Assembly: GCA_041739955.1 (NCBI GenBank)
Contig: JBGSMU010000062.1
Span: forward strand, 1-47,012
Source of the DNA: Gallionella sp.
GTDB lineage: Bacteria > Pseudomonadota > Gammaproteobacteria > Burkholderiales > Gallionellaceae
DNA length: 47,012 nucleotides
Direction of reading: 5' to 3'
Position 1 is the stretch's first letter; every line of letters begins with the position of its first letter. Shown here in pieces: positions 36,428 through 47,012 of this stretch. Both the position numbers and the translations under genes were made by a program. The notes under the pieces are model-generated. The model did no database searches. It saw only the letters and a program-made list of their open reading frames with translations, and was not told the origin of the DNA.

Positions 36428-37291
36428 TCACTCCAAGTTCTGTACCTGTTCGCGCATTTGTTCAATGAGTATTTTCATCTCCATTGCGCTTCGTGAAACT
36501 TCGGCATCCACCGACTTCGATCCCAGTGTATTGGCTTCACGATTGAGCTCCTGCATCAGGAAGTCCAGCCGCTTACCCACTGCACCGCCCTGAGTGAGGA
36601 TACGACGCATCTCCCCCAGATGGCTGGCAAGACGGGACAGCTCTTCATCCACATCGATCTTGGTGGCGAACAATGCGATCTCCTGGCGGATACGCTCATC
36701 CTCTCCATTATTCATCACCTCACGGAGCCTTGCAGCGAGTTTTTGCTCATAAGCCATGATTGCGGCAGGTATGTGCGGGATAACGGCATTGCGCAGCGAC
36801 TCGATTTTTTCTACGCGCTGCAGCAGAAAGTCCTTCAGCTTCTCGCCTTCCCTGGCGCGGGATGCCGAGAATTCCTGCAAGGCTTCCTGCAACAGCTCGA
36901 ACAGTGCGGCGCGCAGTTCGCCGGAAGAAACGGCGGGTGTTTCAAGCACGCCGTTCCAGCGCAGCACATCAGCAACACTCAGGGAGCGCGCATCCGGCAA
37001 CACATTTCGAACCTCGATGTCCCATACGGAGAGCTGTTGCAGCAACTCGCGATTCAGCGTTGCGCTGCTTTCAGCGGTACGCGCGGCATAATTGATGCGA
37101 CACTCCACCTTGCCGCGATTCAGCTGTGTGGCGATCGCTTCGCGCAACGCCCCCTCAAAGCAGCGCAATTCCTCGGGCATGCGCAGCTGGAGGTCCAGAT
37201 AGCGGTGATTGACGGCGCGCAATTCCAGTGACAATGAGCCGTTTTCCGTCTCTGAGCTGGCCGATGCGTAGCCGGTCATACTTAAAATCAT
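36428..37291 (-). CDS. yicC: YicC/YloC family endoribonuclease
   Basis: SMTGY, VNHRYLD, GKRLDFLMQELNREANTLGSKS, EQMREQVQNLE. Confidence 0.95.
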   Translation of the reverse strand: MILSMTGYASASSETENGSLSLELRAVNHRYLDLQLRMPEELRCFEGALREAIATQLNRGKVECRINYAARTAESSATLNRELLQQLSVWDIEVRNVLPDARSLSVADVLRWNGVLETPAVSSGELRAALFELLQEALQEFSASRAREGEKLKDFLLQRVEKIESLRNAVIPHIPAAIMAYEQKLAARLREVMNNGEDERIRQEIALFATKIDVDEELSRLASHLGEMRRILTQGGAVGKRLDFLMQELNREANTLGSKSVDAEVSRSAMEMKILIEQMREQVQNLE

Positions 37292-37369
37292 GGGTGGGTT
37301 TCCGAAAAAAGACTGTGCTGATGCGGTGCATTATATTACGATTAAGGCTGTGAATATTTCCCATCCAGT

Positions 37370-38161
37370 ATGAACTTCTCAATACACCAGGCCAGCCACA
37401 TCGGCAATCGCAGGTACAACCAGGATCGTGTTGCATACGCCTACAGCAATGAAGCCTTGCTGCTGGTGCTGGCAGACGGCATGGGTGGCCATCTGCATGG
37501 CGAAAAGGCTGCGGCAATCGCCATTGAAACTTTTGTCGAGACTTTCGGGCACCATGCCCAGCCGCGCATCGGTAACCCCGATGCATTCATCCAGAACACC
37601 ATGCGTTATGCGCACGAACGCATCATGAATATCCCGCACAATCAGGATATGGGCGGTTTTCCGGGAACAACCTGCGTTGCCGCGCTGATCCAGGGCGGGA
37701 AGATGTATTGGGGGCACGCGGGAGACTCGCGTGTTTATCTGTTGCGTGAGGGCGCGGTTTTTTTGAAAACAAGCGATCATTCGATGGTGCAGCAACTGGT
37801 CGACAGGGGCCGTATTACCGCCGAACAGGCGCGCACCCATTCCCAGCGCAATCAGATCACCAATTGTCTTGGCGGCATGGAGGACCTGTTCTATGTCGAG
37901 TCCGGCCATCCGACCAAACTGAAACCCGGCGACGTCATATTGCTTGGCAGTGACGGCCTTTGGGGACCATTCACCGACAGGGATCTGGTCGAGTCATTCC
38001 TGGAGCAGCCGGTTGCGAAGGTGCTGGATGACCTGGTTCAGCTTGCGCTGCAACGCGAAGCGGGAAAATCGGACAATATCACCGGCGTGGCAGTACGCTG
38101 GGACCAGGGCGACATCCACCAGACTGAAGAGCCTGTTTGCCACATTCTCGAGATTTCCTGA
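37370..38161 (+). CDS. PP2C-family Ser/Thr protein phosphatase
   Basis: [30 protein letters not shown]. Confidence 0.93.
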   Translation: MNFSIHQASHIGNRRYNQDRVAYAYSNEALLLVLADGMGGHLHGEKAAAIAIETFVETFGHHAQPRIGNPDAFIQNTMRYAHERIMNIPHNQDMGGFPGTTCVAALIQGGKMYWGHAGDSRVYLLREGAVFLKTSDHSMVQQLVDRGRITAEQARTHSQRNQITNCLGGMEDLFYVESGHPTKLKPGDVILLGSDGLWGPFTDRDLVESFLEQPVAKVLDDLVQLALQREAGKSDNITGVAVRWDQGDIHQTEEPVCHILEIS

Positions 38162-38210
38162 GTCAGCTTTCCAGTTCAAATCGTTCAACATACAATTTCA
38201 GAGTACTCAT

Positions 38211-38930
38211 ATGCGACCCAGCCAAAGAACACCCAGCCAGTTACGCAAGATCAGGATTACCCGCCACTACACCAAGCACGCCGAAGGATCGGTGCTGATC
38301 GAATGCGGTGATACCAAAGTCATCTGCACAGCCAGCGTGGATACCAAAGTCCCGCCCCACAAAAAAGGCACTGGCGAAGGCTGGATCACTGCCGAATACG
38401 GCATGTTGCCGCGTTCCACCGGCGAACGCATGGGACGCGAAGCCGCCAGAGGAAAGCAATCCGGCCGCACCCAGGAGATCCAGCGCCTGATCGGGCGCAG
38501 TCTGCGTGCCGTGGTTGACCTGAAGAAACTCGGCGAGAACACGATACAGATCGACTGCGATGTGATACAGGCGGATGGCGGCACGCGCACGGCCAGTATC
38601 ACGGGTGCATTCGTCGCGCTGTATGACGCGATCCGCGTGATGCTCGGCAAGGGCATGATCAAGGAATCTCCGCTGATCGATTTCGTCGCCGCGATCTCTG
38701 TCGGTATATATCAGGGTAAACCCGTGCTTGACCTCGACTATATCGAAGACTCCATTTGCGACACCGACATGAATGTCGTGATGCTGGGGAACGGCAAATT
38801 TGTCGAAGTGCAGGGCACAGCTGAAGGCGATGCCTTCACCCGTGAAGAGATGGACGAGTTGCTGGAGCTGGCCAAGACCGGGATCGCGCAGTTGATCAAG
38901 ATGCAGCGCTCGGTTCTTGAAACGGATTAA
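38211..38930 (+). CDS. rph: Ribonuclease PH
   Basis: MRPSQR start after a TACAAT -10; [38 protein letters not shown]. Confidence 0.97.
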   Translation: MRPSQRTPSQLRKIRITRHYTKHAEGSVLIECGDTKVICTASVDTKVPPHKKGTGEGWITAEYGMLPRSTGERMGREAARGKQSGRTQEIQRLIGRSLRAVVDLKKLGENTIQIDCDVIQADGGTRTASITGAFVALYDAIRVMLGKGMIKESPLIDFVAAISVGIYQGKPVLDLDYIEDSICDTDMNVVMLGNGKFVEVQGTAEGDAFTREEMDELLELAKTGIAQLIKMQRSVLETD

Positions 38931-38953
38931 TTCGTTTCGCGGGGAATGGCGCC

Positions 38954-39547
38954 ATGAATAAACTCGTCATCGCCTCCAACAATCCCGGCAAGCTGCGAGA
39001 GTTCAAGCACATGCTGGCACCGTTGGGCATAGAGGTGATGACACAGGTGCAACTCAACATCGAAGAAGCCGAAGAGCCGCACAACACTTTCATCGAGAAC
39101 GCCCTTGCCAAAGCGCGTCACGTAAGCCGGTTGAGCGGGTTGCCGGCACTGGCTGACGATTCCGGCATCTGTGTCGAAGCGTTGGGTGGTGCACCCGGGG
39201 TACTCTCGGCGCGTTACGCGGGGAATAACCCGAAATCCGACCAGAAAAATAACGAAAAACTGTTAAGTGATATGCGCGGTGTCGCTGATCGCCGTGCGCA
39301 TTACTACTGCGTGCTCGTGCTGATGCACCATGCGGATGATCCGCAGCCTTTGATCGCCGAGGGCGAATGGCACGGCGAGATCGCCCATGAAGAGCGCGGT
39401 GATGGCGGTTTCGGTTACGACCCTCTGTTCTGGTTGCCCGGGCTGGGTAGGATGAGTGCGGAATTGGAACGGGATGAAAAGGCGCAGCACAGTCACCGCT
39501 CCAAAGCGCTGAAAATATTGATGCAGAGACTGAATGCCGAAAGATGA
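38954..39547 (+). CDS. rdgB: dITP/XTP pyrophosphatase
   Basis: ASNNPGKLRE, ADDSG, GFGYDP, SHR. Confidence 0.96.
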   Translation: MNKLVIASNNPGKLREFKHMLAPLGIEVMTQVQLNIEEAEEPHNTFIENALAKARHVSRLSGLPALADDSGICVEALGGAPGVLSARYAGNNPKSDQKNNEKLLSDMRGVADRRAHYYCVLVLMHHADDPQPLIAEGEWHGEIAHEERGDGGFGYDPLFWLPGLGRMSAELERDEKAQHSHRSKALKILMQRLNAER

Positions 39548-39662
39548 TTTGAGGGGGATGCTAGGCTTCATGCTCGGGGACGCGGATGCGAACTTGGTGA
39601 TACGGAAAATCGGTGTTTTTGGAAGACAGTGCCGGCAGGGAACTAACGGGAGGTTTAAGGAA

Positions 39663-40973
39663 ATGATAGGAATGATCAAGATCGCAGCATTGTCATTGTG
39701 CATGTTGTTTGTGCCGCTGACACATGCTGAAGAGGTAGGCAGCGAAACTCACGATTATTTGTATATGACCAAACCCGGGGATACATTGAGCAAACTCGCG
39801 ATACAGATGCTCGATGAGGCCGGGCGTTGGCGTGATGTAGCCAGATATAACAAGCTGGGCGATCCTGATCGTATCGAGATCGGGCAGCAGTTGCGGTTTC
39901 GTCAAGTCTGGCTCAGGGACAGGCCAAAAGTTAATGAGCCCGGCAAAGCGAAGGTGGAGGCGATCACAGGGGTCGTCAGGGTGGACGGCAATCCGGTCAA
40001 GGTCGGTGACCTGTTAGCTGCCGGTGCCAGCCTGGCCACGGAAACGGGTGCCGCATTACGTATGAGTTTGCCCGATGGTTCCGTGATGAATATGCTGGAA
40101 GATACAAGCCTGAAGCTGGAGAAGCTGGAGAAGCTCGAGCAAGACCAGGTGAGTAATTTCAAGAGCCTGTTGCAACTGGTAACGGGACACATCGAGGCAT
40201 TCAAGAAGAAATTCCCCGCCGGGCAGGCCGATCTGGAAATAAAGTCCGCCACTGCAACCATAGGCGTGAGAGGCACTCATTTCCGTATGCGCCGTGTGGA
40301 GGGCACCAGCTTCGCCGAGATTGAGGAAGGCCTGGTGAGTTTCGAGGCAGACAAGACCCCGCAGATACTGGAGATATCCGGAGGGCAAGGCTCGGTGGCA
40401 GATGGCGTGCATCCGGCAGAAGTGTTCCAGTTGCTACCGTCACCGACATTCCCTGAGTTTCAGTCCGCCTATGAGCCTGTATACGTCAAGTTGGTGATGC
40501 CAGAGTTGCCGGGTGCGCAGGAATTTGTCGGTGAAATCGCGGGGGATGAAGATTTCTCCAGGAACGTCAAGTCGGTCCGTAGCATCGGTAACGCACTCGG
40601 CTTCCTGGGGCTGGACAACGGCAAATACTGGTTGCGCTTGCGTGCGGTAGATGTGCATGGGCTGCAAGGTATGGAAGGCAAGGCATCCTTTCTTGTTCAG
40701 GCACGTCCCAGGGTGATGGAGATGATCAAGACATACATCACCTCCGGCAACATCGAATTGCGCTGGTTGGGTCACGGCCGGAATGCACGCTATCAGATAC
40801 AGGTATCCAGAGATCCGGCCTTTGCCACAGTGATGCTGGATGAAGAGACCGATGAAAACATGAAACTGGTGACCAAGCCGGACAGCGGTTTGTATTTTGT
40901 CCGGGTAAGGGGGATGTCGGCAGACAGGCATGCGGACCAGTGGGATGCGCCGGTGATGTTCAGGGTGCCCTGA
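39663..40973 (+). CDS. Exported LysM + FecR + Ig/FN3-like domain protein
   Basis: Signal peptide, LysM (KPGDTLSKLA...YNKLGDPDRIEIGQQL), FecR (ATIGVRGTHF), YWLRLRAVD and YFVRVRG beta-sandwich motifs. Start could be 39663 or 39672. Confidence 0.85.
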   Translation: MIGMIKIAALSLCMLFVPLTHAEEVGSETHDYLYMTKPGDTLSKLAIQMLDEAGRWRDVARYNKLGDPDRIEIGQQLRFRQVWLRDRPKVNEPGKAKVEAITGVVRVDGNPVKVGDLLAAGASLATETGAALRMSLPDGSVMNMLEDTSLKLEKLEKLEQDQVSNFKSLLQLVTGHIEAFKKKFPAGQADLEIKSATATIGVRGTHFRMRRVEGTSFAEIEEGLVSFEADKTPQILEISGGQGSVADGVHPAEVFQLLPSPTFPEFQSAYEPVYVKLVMPELPGAQEFVGEIAGDEDFSRNVKSVRSIGNALGFLGLDNGKYWLRLRAVDVHGLQGMEGKASFLVQARPRVMEMIKTYITSGNIELRWLGHGRNARYQIQVSRDPAFATVMLDEETDENMKLVTKPDSGLYFVRVRGMSADRHADQWDAPVMFRVP

Positions 40974-41218
40974 CGGTCAAGCCGTGAGCGTGAAACTGCT
41001 GGCTGGGTAAAGCGAAAGTTATTCGGGCAGATTGTCAAACTTCTTTGTATGGCCGCTGGCTAACGCCAGCTGAGTTACCTGCGGCCTCATTGATAGTCGT
41101 GTTACCGCTGCCTGGCTTCCCTGATCAAAATCCCCACAAAACCCCAATATACCGGACCAAGGCTGCGCCGTGATAAAATGCGCGCCTTTCCGATTTCTAT
41201 ACTTCAGGAACCTTCACC

Positions 41219-42466
41219 ATGTTCTCACGCAAAAACACCCTTGCTGTCACTGATCCCGATTTGTGGGCCGCTATCCAGCAGGAAACTGCCCGTCAGGAAG
41301 ATCATATAGAGTTGATCGCCTCGGAAAACTACACCAGCCCGGCTGTGATGGAAGCTCAAGGCAGCCAACTGACCAACAAGTATGCCGAAGGTTATCCCGG
41401 CAAACGCTATTACGGCGGCTGCGAGTATGTGGATATCGCCGAGCAGCTGGCGATTGACCGCGTCAAGGCGCTGTTCGGTGCGGAATATGCCAACGTGCAG
41501 CCGAACTCCGGTTCGCAGGCGAATCAGGCGGTATATATGTCGGTGCTCAAGCCCGGCGATACCATCCTGGGTCTGTCCCTGGCACACGGGGGTCACCTTA
41601 CCCATGGCGCGTCGGTAAATGCCAGCGGCAAGTTGTATCACGCTGTGCAGTACGGCCTGAACGAAAAGGAGGAGATCGACTACGATCAGGTACAGGCATT
41701 GGCTACCGCGCACAAGCCCAAGATGATCGTCGCCGGCGCATCGGCTTATTCGCTGGTGATCGACTGGAAGCGTTTCCGCGCGATTGCAGACAGTGTGGGA
41801 GCTTACCTGTTCGTGGATATGGCGCACTACGCGGGTCTGGTTGCGGCGGGGGTATACCCAAGTCCGGTCGGTGTGGCGGACTTCGTCACCAGCACGACGC
41901 ACAAAACGCTGCGCGGCCCGCGCGGCGGCATCATTTTGGCCAAGGCGGAATACGAGAAGATTCTGAATTCAGCGATATTCCCCGGCATACAGGGCGGGCC
42001 GCTGATGCATGTGATCGCAGCCAAGGCGGTGGCATTCAAGGAAGCCGCAAGCAAAGAGTTCAAGATCTACCAGAAACAGGTGGTGGACAATGCGCGCGTG
42101 ATGGCCAAGGTATTGCAGGAGCGCGGTCTACGCATCGTGTCCGGCCGCACAGACAGTCATTTGTTTTTAGTCGACTTGCAAGCCAAACATATCACCGGCA
42201 AGGATGCCGAGGCCGCACTGGGCCGCGCGCACATCACGGTCAATAAGAATGCGATCCCGAACGATCCGCAAAAGCCTTTTGTCACATCAGGCATCCGCAT
42301 CGGTTCGCCCGCGATGACTACCCGCGGCTTCAAGGAACTGGAAGCCGAGAAGCTGGCGCACCTGATCGCCGATGTGCTGGATGCGCCGAACGACGAGGCG
42401 GTAATCGCGCGTGTGGTGGGCGAGGTCAAGAAACTGACTGGGCAGTTCCCGGTATATGGAAATTAA
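41219..42466 (+). CDS. glyA: Serine hydroxymethyltransferase
   Basis: [33 protein letters not shown]. Confidence 0.98.
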   Translation: MFSRKNTLAVTDPDLWAAIQQETARQEDHIELIASENYTSPAVMEAQGSQLTNKYAEGYPGKRYYGGCEYVDIAEQLAIDRVKALFGAEYANVQPNSGSQANQAVYMSVLKPGDTILGLSLAHGGHLTHGASVNASGKLYHAVQYGLNEKEEIDYDQVQALATAHKPKMIVAGASAYSLVIDWKRFRAIADSVGAYLFVDMAHYAGLVAAGVYPSPVGVADFVTSTTHKTLRGPRGGIILAKAEYEKILNSAIFPGIQGGPLMHVIAAKAVAFKEAASKEFKIYQKQVVDNARVMAKVLQERGLRIVSGRTDSHLFLVDLQAKHITGKDAEAALGRAHITVNKNAIPNDPQKPFVTSGIRIGSPAMTTRGFKELEAEKLAHLIADVLDAPNDEAVIARVVGEVKKLTGQFPVYGN

Positions 42467-42522
42467 AACTGGCAAGCGGAAAGTGGAGCGGCACTTTGTG
42501 CCTCAGTGGGGAGTGGGGAAAC

Positions 42523-42578
42523 CACTTCCCACTTCCCGTTTCTCACTTCCAACTCACCACTCACTACTGCCCACTCAC
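42523..42578 (+). repeat. Degenerate heptamer tandem repeat (CACTTCC/CACTCAC, 8 units)
   Basis: cacttcc cacttcc cgtttct cacttcc aactcac cactcac tactgcc cactcac; complementary AGTGGGG/AAGTGG units lie just upstream. Confidence 0.75.
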
Positions 42579-42580
42579 CA

Positions 42581-43075
42581 ATGAAATGTCCATTCTGCAA
42601 AGGTCCAGACACCCAGGTTGTCGACACCCGCGAAAGTGAGGAGGGAGATCACGTTCGCCGCCGTCGCCGTTGCCTGACATGCGACAAGCGTTTTACGACA
42701 TATGAGATCGTCGAGCTGCGTATGCCGCAAGTGGTCAAGTCGAACGGGATGCGCAGTGAGTTCGACGAGGAGAAGTTGCGTACCAGCTTCAAGCGTGCCT
42801 TGCACAAGCGTCCGGTATCTGCCGAACTGGTCGATGCGGCGATAGACAGCGTCACGCAAAAGCTTCATACGCTGGGAGAGCGCGAAGTGGGCTCGCGACA
42901 GGTGGGCGAGTTGGTGATGAAGGAGTTGCTGAAGCTGGACAAGGTGGCGTATATCCGTTTTGCATCCGTGTACAAAAGTTTTCAGGACGTGGGTGATTTT
43001 ACCGAGGCGGTCGAAGCCGTGCGCAAGAAGCCGGCCCTGCGGGTGACTGATCGCGTCAAAAAAACCAGAAGCTGA
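42581..43075 (+). CDS. nrdR: Transcriptional repressor NrdR
   Basis: MKCPFC...[20 protein letters not shown] cone, [10 protein letters not shown]. Confidence 0.97.
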   Translation: MKCPFCKGPDTQVVDTRESEEGDHVRRRRRCLTCDKRFTTYEIVELRMPQVVKSNGMRSEFDEEKLRTSFKRALHKRPVSAELVDAAIDSVTQKLHTLGEREVGSRQVGELVMKELLKLDKVAYIRFASVYKSFQDVGDFTEAVEAVRKKPALRVTDRVKKTRS

Positions 43076-43076
43076 A

Positions 43077-44168
43077 ATGGCGAATGCTAGCGACAGTCGA
43101 TGGATGGCGCAGGCCTTAAGGCTGGCAGAGCGCGGTCTGAACGGAACCAGCCCTAATCCGCGAGTCGGTTGTGTACTGGTAAAAAATGAAGTTGTTGTCG
43201 GCGAAGGCTGGCATCAGCTGGCAGGGCAGCCGCATGCGGAAGTCTATGCAATAAACGAAGCCGGCGACTGGTCTCGCGGCGCGATCGCATATGTAACATT
43301 GGAGCCTTGCAGCCATCATGGTAAAACGCCTCCCTGTGCCGATGCGCTGATCGCGTCCGGTGTTACACGCGTGGTGGTGGCGGTGCAGGATCCGAATCCC
43401 CTGGTTGCCGGGCAAGGTATCGAAAAATTGCGTTCCGCTGGTATCGAGGTCGAGTGCGGTCTGATGGAAGCCGCGGCGCGCGAATTGAACGCCGGATTCT
43501 TTGCGCGCATGCAGCGCGGCACACCCTGGCTGCGCAGCAAGATCGGCATGAGCCTGGATGGCCGCACCGCGCTTAACAACGGCGCAAGCAAGTGGATCAC
43601 TTGTGAAGCGGCGCGGCAGGATGTTCAACACTGGCGTGCGCGTTCATGTGCGGTGCTGACCGGAATCAATACCGTGCTGGCGGATGATCCGCAATTGAAC
43701 GTGCGCGGGATCGACACGATCAGACAGCCGTTGCGCGTGGTAGTAGACAGTGGTCTGCGCATACCCTTGAATGCGCGCATTTTGCAGGGCGGGAATGTGT
43801 TGGTCTACACTGCCGCACAGGATGGACTGAAGGTCGCCGACCTGGAACAACTGGGGGCAGCGGTGATGGTTTTGCCGGATGAAGACGGGCGGGTAGACCT
43901 GACAGAGATGATGCGCGACCTGGCGCAGCGCGGTTGTAACGAGGTGCTGCTGGAGGCGGGGAATATCCTTAATGGCGCGATGCTGCGCGCCGGCCTGGTG
44001 GATGAGTTGGTCTTGTATATCGCACCGCAGCTGCTGGGAGACATGGCACGCGGCATGGCAAAACTGGGTGAGCTGACCAGTCTGGATCAGCGCATCGAAT
44101 TGAAATGGCAAGATGTGCGACAGGTCGGTAACGATCTGCGCATCTCGGCTAAATTGGGAAAGAGGTAA
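43077..44168 (+). CDS. ribD: Riboflavin deaminase/reductase
   Basis: PNPRVGCV, HAE, TLEPCSHHGKTPPC, SLDGRTA. Confidence 0.97.
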   Translation: MANASDSRWMAQALRLAERGLNGTSPNPRVGCVLVKNEVVVGEGWHQLAGQPHAEVYAINEAGDWSRGAIAYVTLEPCSHHGKTPPCADALIASGVTRVVVAVQDPNPLVAGQGIEKLRSAGIEVECGLMEAAARELNAGFFARMQRGTPWLRSKIGMSLDGRTALNNGASKWITCEAARQDVQHWRARSCAVLTGINTVLADDPQLNVRGIDTIRQPLRVVVDSGLRIPLNARILQGGNVLVYTAAQDGLKVADLEQLGAAVMVLPDEDGRVDLTEMMRDLAQRGCNEVLLEAGNILNGAMLRAGLVDELVLYIAPQLLGDMARGMAKLGELTSLDQRIELKWQDVRQVGNDLRISAKLGKR

Positions 44169-44170
44169 TC

Positions 44171-44776
44171 ATGTTCAGTGGGATCATTGCCGATGTGGGG
44201 TGTATCTCTGAGGCGAATGACCGCGACGGCGGACTGCAGCTGGTGATCGCGACCAGCATGCTGGACCTGAGTGATGTTCAGCCTGGCGACAGCATCGCGG
44301 TGAACGGGGTCTGCCTGACGGCTATCGAGCACAACACCAGCAGCTTCGTTGTAGACGTGTCGCGTGAAACATTGAATTGCACCGAGGGGCTGGATGCGAT
44401 CGGTGCGGCGGTGAATCTGGAAAAAGCGATGCGCCTGTCCGACCGGTTGGGCGGGCATCTGGTCAGCGGACATGTCGATGGTGTGGGCAAGGTCGTCGAG
44501 TTCACCGACATCGGCGAAAGCTGGACTCTGATTGTGCGCGCACCACAGGAGTTGGCAAAATACATCGCGGTAAAGGGATCGATCACTATCAATGGTGTCA
44601 GCCTCACGATCAATCGGGTGAACGGAACGGAGTTCAGCGTGAACCTCATTCCCCACACCCTGCTGATGACGAATCTGAAAAACTTGACTGCAGGTGGCGG
44701 CGTCAATCTCGAAGTGGATTTGATTGCCCGTTATGTGGAACGAATGACGCAAGTCGAGAAAGAGCAACTTAAATGA
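44171..44776 (+). CDS. ribE: Riboflavin synthase (alpha)
   Basis: [34 protein letters not shown]. Confidence 0.96.
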   Translation: MFSGIIADVGCISEANDRDGGLQLVIATSMLDLSDVQPGDSIAVNGVCLTAIEHNTSSFVVDVSRETLNCTEGLDAIGAAVNLEKAMRLSDRLGGHLVSGHVDGVGKVVEFTDIGESWTLIVRAPQELAKYIAVKGSITINGVSLTINRVNGTEFSVNLIPHTLLMTNLKNLTAGGGVNLEVDLIARYVERMTQVEKEQLK

Positions 44777-45873
44777 CCGGAATTTCACCTGTAAAAGAAA
44801 TCATCGAGGAAATGCGAGCGGGGCGTATGGTCGTCCTGGTCGATGAGGAAGATCGCGAAAACGAGGGGGATCTCGTTTTTGCCGCCGAGTTCGTTACCCC
44901 GGAGATGGTCAATTTCATGGCCAAGCATGGACGCGGCCTGATCTGCCTGACACTGACCGAAGCGCATTGCAAACAACTCAGGCTGCCGTTGATGGTGACC
45001 GAGAACGGTCTTCCCCTGGCAACCAATTTCACCGTGTCCATCGAGGCCGCGACCGGCGTGACTACCGGCATTTCCGCAGCCGACCGGGCACGCACCATTC
45101 AGGCGGCGGTAGCCAAGAATGCGCAGCCTGCCGACATCGTTCAGCCCGGCCACATCTTCCCGTTGCGCGCGCAGAATGGCGGCGTGCTGGTTCGTGCCGG
45201 ACACACCGAGGCGGGTTGTGACCTTGCGCAGCTGGCCGGGTTGACACCCGCATCCGTGATCTGCGAAATCCTCAAGGATGATGGCGAGATGGCGCGCCTG
45301 GCGGACCTGATCGAGTTTGCAAAACAGCACAAGCTGAAGATAGGCACCATCGCCGACCTGATCGAATACCGCATCCAGAATGAAACATTGATCGAGCGTG
45401 TTGCCAGACGCACCGTTCAGACGACATATGGTGAGCTGGAGTTGGTGACTTATATCGATCAGACCACCCGGCGTACACATCTGGCACTGGTCAAGGGTGA
45501 TATCCAGCCGCAGAACGAAACCCTGGTGCGTGTCCATGAACCGCTGTCGGTAATGGATTTTCTCGAGCAGGCAAGCTACCCGAACATCACCAGTGTGCAT
45601 GACGCGCTGGCACGGATCGCAGCGTCGCCCGCCGGAGTGCTGGTGCTGATGCATCACAACGAGACTTCGGAAGATCTGCTGGCTCGCGCGGCGGCCATGC
45701 CCGATACCCACCAATCGCAATGGGATCCGCGCAATTACGGTATCGGGGCGCAGATACTGCGGGACCTCAATGTGGGCAAGATGTGCCTGATCGCCACGCC
45801 CCGCAAGTTGCCGAGCATGGCGGGCTTCGGCCTGGAAGTTGTACGATATTGCCAAAACAAGGAAAAACAATGA
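44773..45873 (+). CDS. ribB: DHBP synthase fused to a degenerate GTP cyclohydrolase II domain (RibBA/RibBX type)
   Basis: [24 protein letters not shown]. The C-terminal domain reads VRVHEPLS and lacks the Zn-binding Cys residues. Confidence 0.92.
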   Translation: MTGISPVKEIIEEMRAGRMVVLVDEEDRENEGDLVFAAEFVTPEMVNFMAKHGRGLICLTLTEAHCKQLRLPLMVTENGLPLATNFTVSIEAATGVTTGISAADRARTIQAAVAKNAQPADIVQPGHIFPLRAQNGGVLVRAGHTEAGCDLAQLAGLTPASVICEILKDDGEMARLADLIEFAKQHKLKIGTIADLIEYRIQNETLIERVARRTVQTTYGELELVTYIDQTTRRTHLALVKGDIQPQNETLVRVHEPLSVMDFLEQASYPNITSVHDALARIAASPAGVLVLMHHNETSEDLLARAAAMPDTHQSQWDPRNYGIGAQILRDLNVGKMCLIATPRKLPSMAGFGLEVVRYCQNKEKQ

Positions 45874-46322
45874 AAGAGATCGATAAAAACCTGAATGGAA
45901 AAGGCATGCGCATCGGCATCGTGCAAAGCCGTTTCAATAGCGAAGTTTGCGAAGGTTTGCTGGCTGCTTGCCGTGCCGCACTGGTACAACACGGCGTGGC
46001 CGAAGACGACATCACGCTGGCAACCGTGCCGGGCGCGCTGGAGATATCACTGGTGTTGCTGCATATGGCCGAGAGCGAAAAGTTCGACGCGCTGATCGCC
46101 TTGGGTGCAGTGATACGTGGAGATACCTATCACTTTGAGGTGGTGTCCAATGAATCGGCACGCTGCGTGAACGAAGTGCAATTATCCTGCGGTGTGCCGA
46201 TCGCGAATGCGATCCTCACCACCGATACCGATGAGCAGGCGATAGAGCGGATAAATGTCAAAGGCAGCGAGGCCGCACTGGTGGCGATCGAGATGGCGAA
46301 CCTGTTGCGTGATCTGGCATGA
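45870..46322 (+). CDS. ribH: 6,7-dimethyl-8-ribityllumazine synthase
   Basis: [24 protein letters not shown]; ATGA overlap at 45870. Confidence 0.97.
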   Translation: MKEIDKNLNGKGMRIGIVQSRFNSEVCEGLLAACRAALVQHGVAEDDITLATVPGALEISLVLLHMAESEKFDALIALGAVIRGDTYHFEVVSNESARCVNEVQLSCGVPIANAILTTDTDEQAIERINVKGSEAALVAIEMANLLRDLA

Positions 46323-46792
46323 GCGAGAAAAAGCCAGTTACCGGAGAGACCAGAAGGGCTCCGAACAAAAGCCCGCGCCATCGGGCGCGCGAGTTGGCCA
46401 TGCAGGGCATCTACCAATGGCGCATTACCGCGGGTGACGGGGCCAAAATCGAGAAGCAGATACAGGCTGAAAAGAACATCGGGCGTTTTGACAAGGAACT
46501 TTTTTCCAGGTTGTTGCGCGGGGCGTTGAGCCAGCACGCCGAAGTGGAGGCGTTGATCCTGCCGCATCTGGATCGTCCACTTGAGGAGCTCAGTCCGGTC
46601 GAGTTCGCAGTGCTGTTGCTCGGTACGTTCGAACTATCACACAACATCGAAGTGCCGTACAAGGTTGTCATCAATGAGTCGGTAGAGCTGGCCAAAACCT
46701 TCGGTGGCATCGACGGCCACAAATTCGTCAATGGCGTACTGGATAAACTCGCGCCCGAATTGCGTGCAGTTGAGTTCGCCGCAGGCAAGTGA
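46319..46792 (+). CDS. nusB: Transcription antitermination factor
   Basis: [36 protein letters not shown]. Confidence 0.97.
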   Translation: MSEKKPVTGETRRAPNKSPRHRARELAMQGIYQWRITAGDGAKIEKQIQAEKNIGRFDKELFSRLLRGALSQHAEVEALILPHLDRPLEELSPVEFAVLLLGTFELSHNIEVPYKVVINESVELAKTFGGIDGHKFVNGVLDKLAPELRAVEFAAGK

Positions 46793-46831
46793 CGGAGAGC
46801 GGGAACTGGTGCGGCGCTTTGCGCATCAGTC

Positions 46832-46862
46832 GTAGGATGGGTTGAGCGCAGCGATACCCATC
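46832..46862 (+). repeat. GTAG-type REP element
   Basis: GTAG tetranucleotide followed by hairpin GATGGGT...ACCCATC. Confidence 0.7.
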
Positions 46863-46872
46863 AATCTGTTAA

Positions 46873-47012
46873 GGAATCTCTGATTAAGTCCTGAACGATT
46901 TGGTTTCATGATGTCAGAAGCGAAGATCGAACAAACGGAGCCGAACGATGAAACAAACGACACTCTCTACAAGCAGCTTTGACCGTTACAGCAAAACGAC
47001 GCGACGCGCGGC
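46873..47012 (+). mobile_element. Left end of an IS5-family insertion sequence (truncated by window)
   Basis: TTAA (YTAR-type target) at 46869-46872, terminal IR-like GGAATCTCTGATTAAGTCC, and a transposase start downstream. Confidence 0.75.
46948..47012 (+). CDS. IS5-family transposase, N-terminal fragment
   Basis: SD GGAG, then MKQTTLSTSSFDRYSKTTRRA, resembling IS5-subgroup N-termini (MKQxT...KxTRR); only 21 codons are visible. Confidence 0.7.
   Translation, partial: MKQTTLSTSSFDRYSKTTRRA

Noticed and set aside
40974-41218. ZTP (pfl) or glycine riboswitch upstream of glyA
   Set aside because: No consensus motifs seen; a TAAAAT -10 lies only about 40 nt before the ATG, leaving no room.
42467-43076. 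FMN riboswitch ahead of the rib genes
   Set aside because: No RFN consensus (AGGGCGGGGTGAAATTCCC) is present.
44785-45870. 361-aa antisense ORF over ribB (and similar shadows over glyA, ribE, yicC)
   Set aside because: Codon-bias shadow frames of conserved housekeeping genes.
45370-45873. Degenerate GTP cyclohydrolase II domain as a novelty
   Set aside because: RibBX-type fusions lacking the zinc ligands are already known in Proteobacteria.

Overview
This window looks like a betaproteobacterial chromosome segment (Gallionellaceae-like gene content; taxonomy is inference) with two parts. (1) About 1-15.75 kb is the right-hand part of an integrated satellite- or prophage-like island. Its minus-strand module holds a coiled-coil protein, a 47-aa Arg-rich peptide, a DUF3987/YfjI ATPase, an excisionase-like HTH, and DUF3489- and DUF6900-like genes, with richly structured repeats. 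Its plus-strand defence cargo holds a type I R-M system (hsdR-hsdM-hsdS), a translationally coupled SLATT(DUF4231)-TGT-OGG glycosylase-QueC-TIR operon, and a nonsense-interrupted STAS/HATPase plus DUF4325-like pair. (2) About 15.8-47 kb is mostly core genome: an MSHA/T2SS-like pilus cluster with a sigma54 regulator, mlaFEDCB, a beta-barrel protein, spoT-rpoZ-gmk-yicC, PP2C-rph-rdgB, a LysM/FecR protein, glyA, nrdR-ribD-ribE-ribBA-ribH-nusB, and then a REP and the start of an IS5-family element. The top candidate for a new system is the five-gene operon at 10940-14213. It has the type IV CBASS ancillary trio (Cap9/QueC, Cap10/TGT, Cap11/OGG) but no CD-NTase. In its place is a ThsB-like TIR protein starting MGGGSGGG, the predicted acceptor for N-terminal deazaguanylation, plus a 2-TM SLATT candidate effector. 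The second notable signal is a cluster of about ten 27-bp palindromic cassettes with variable cores (4367-5087), several inserted in frame in the DUF3489 gene. All family calls come from motif recognition by eye; no database searches were run.
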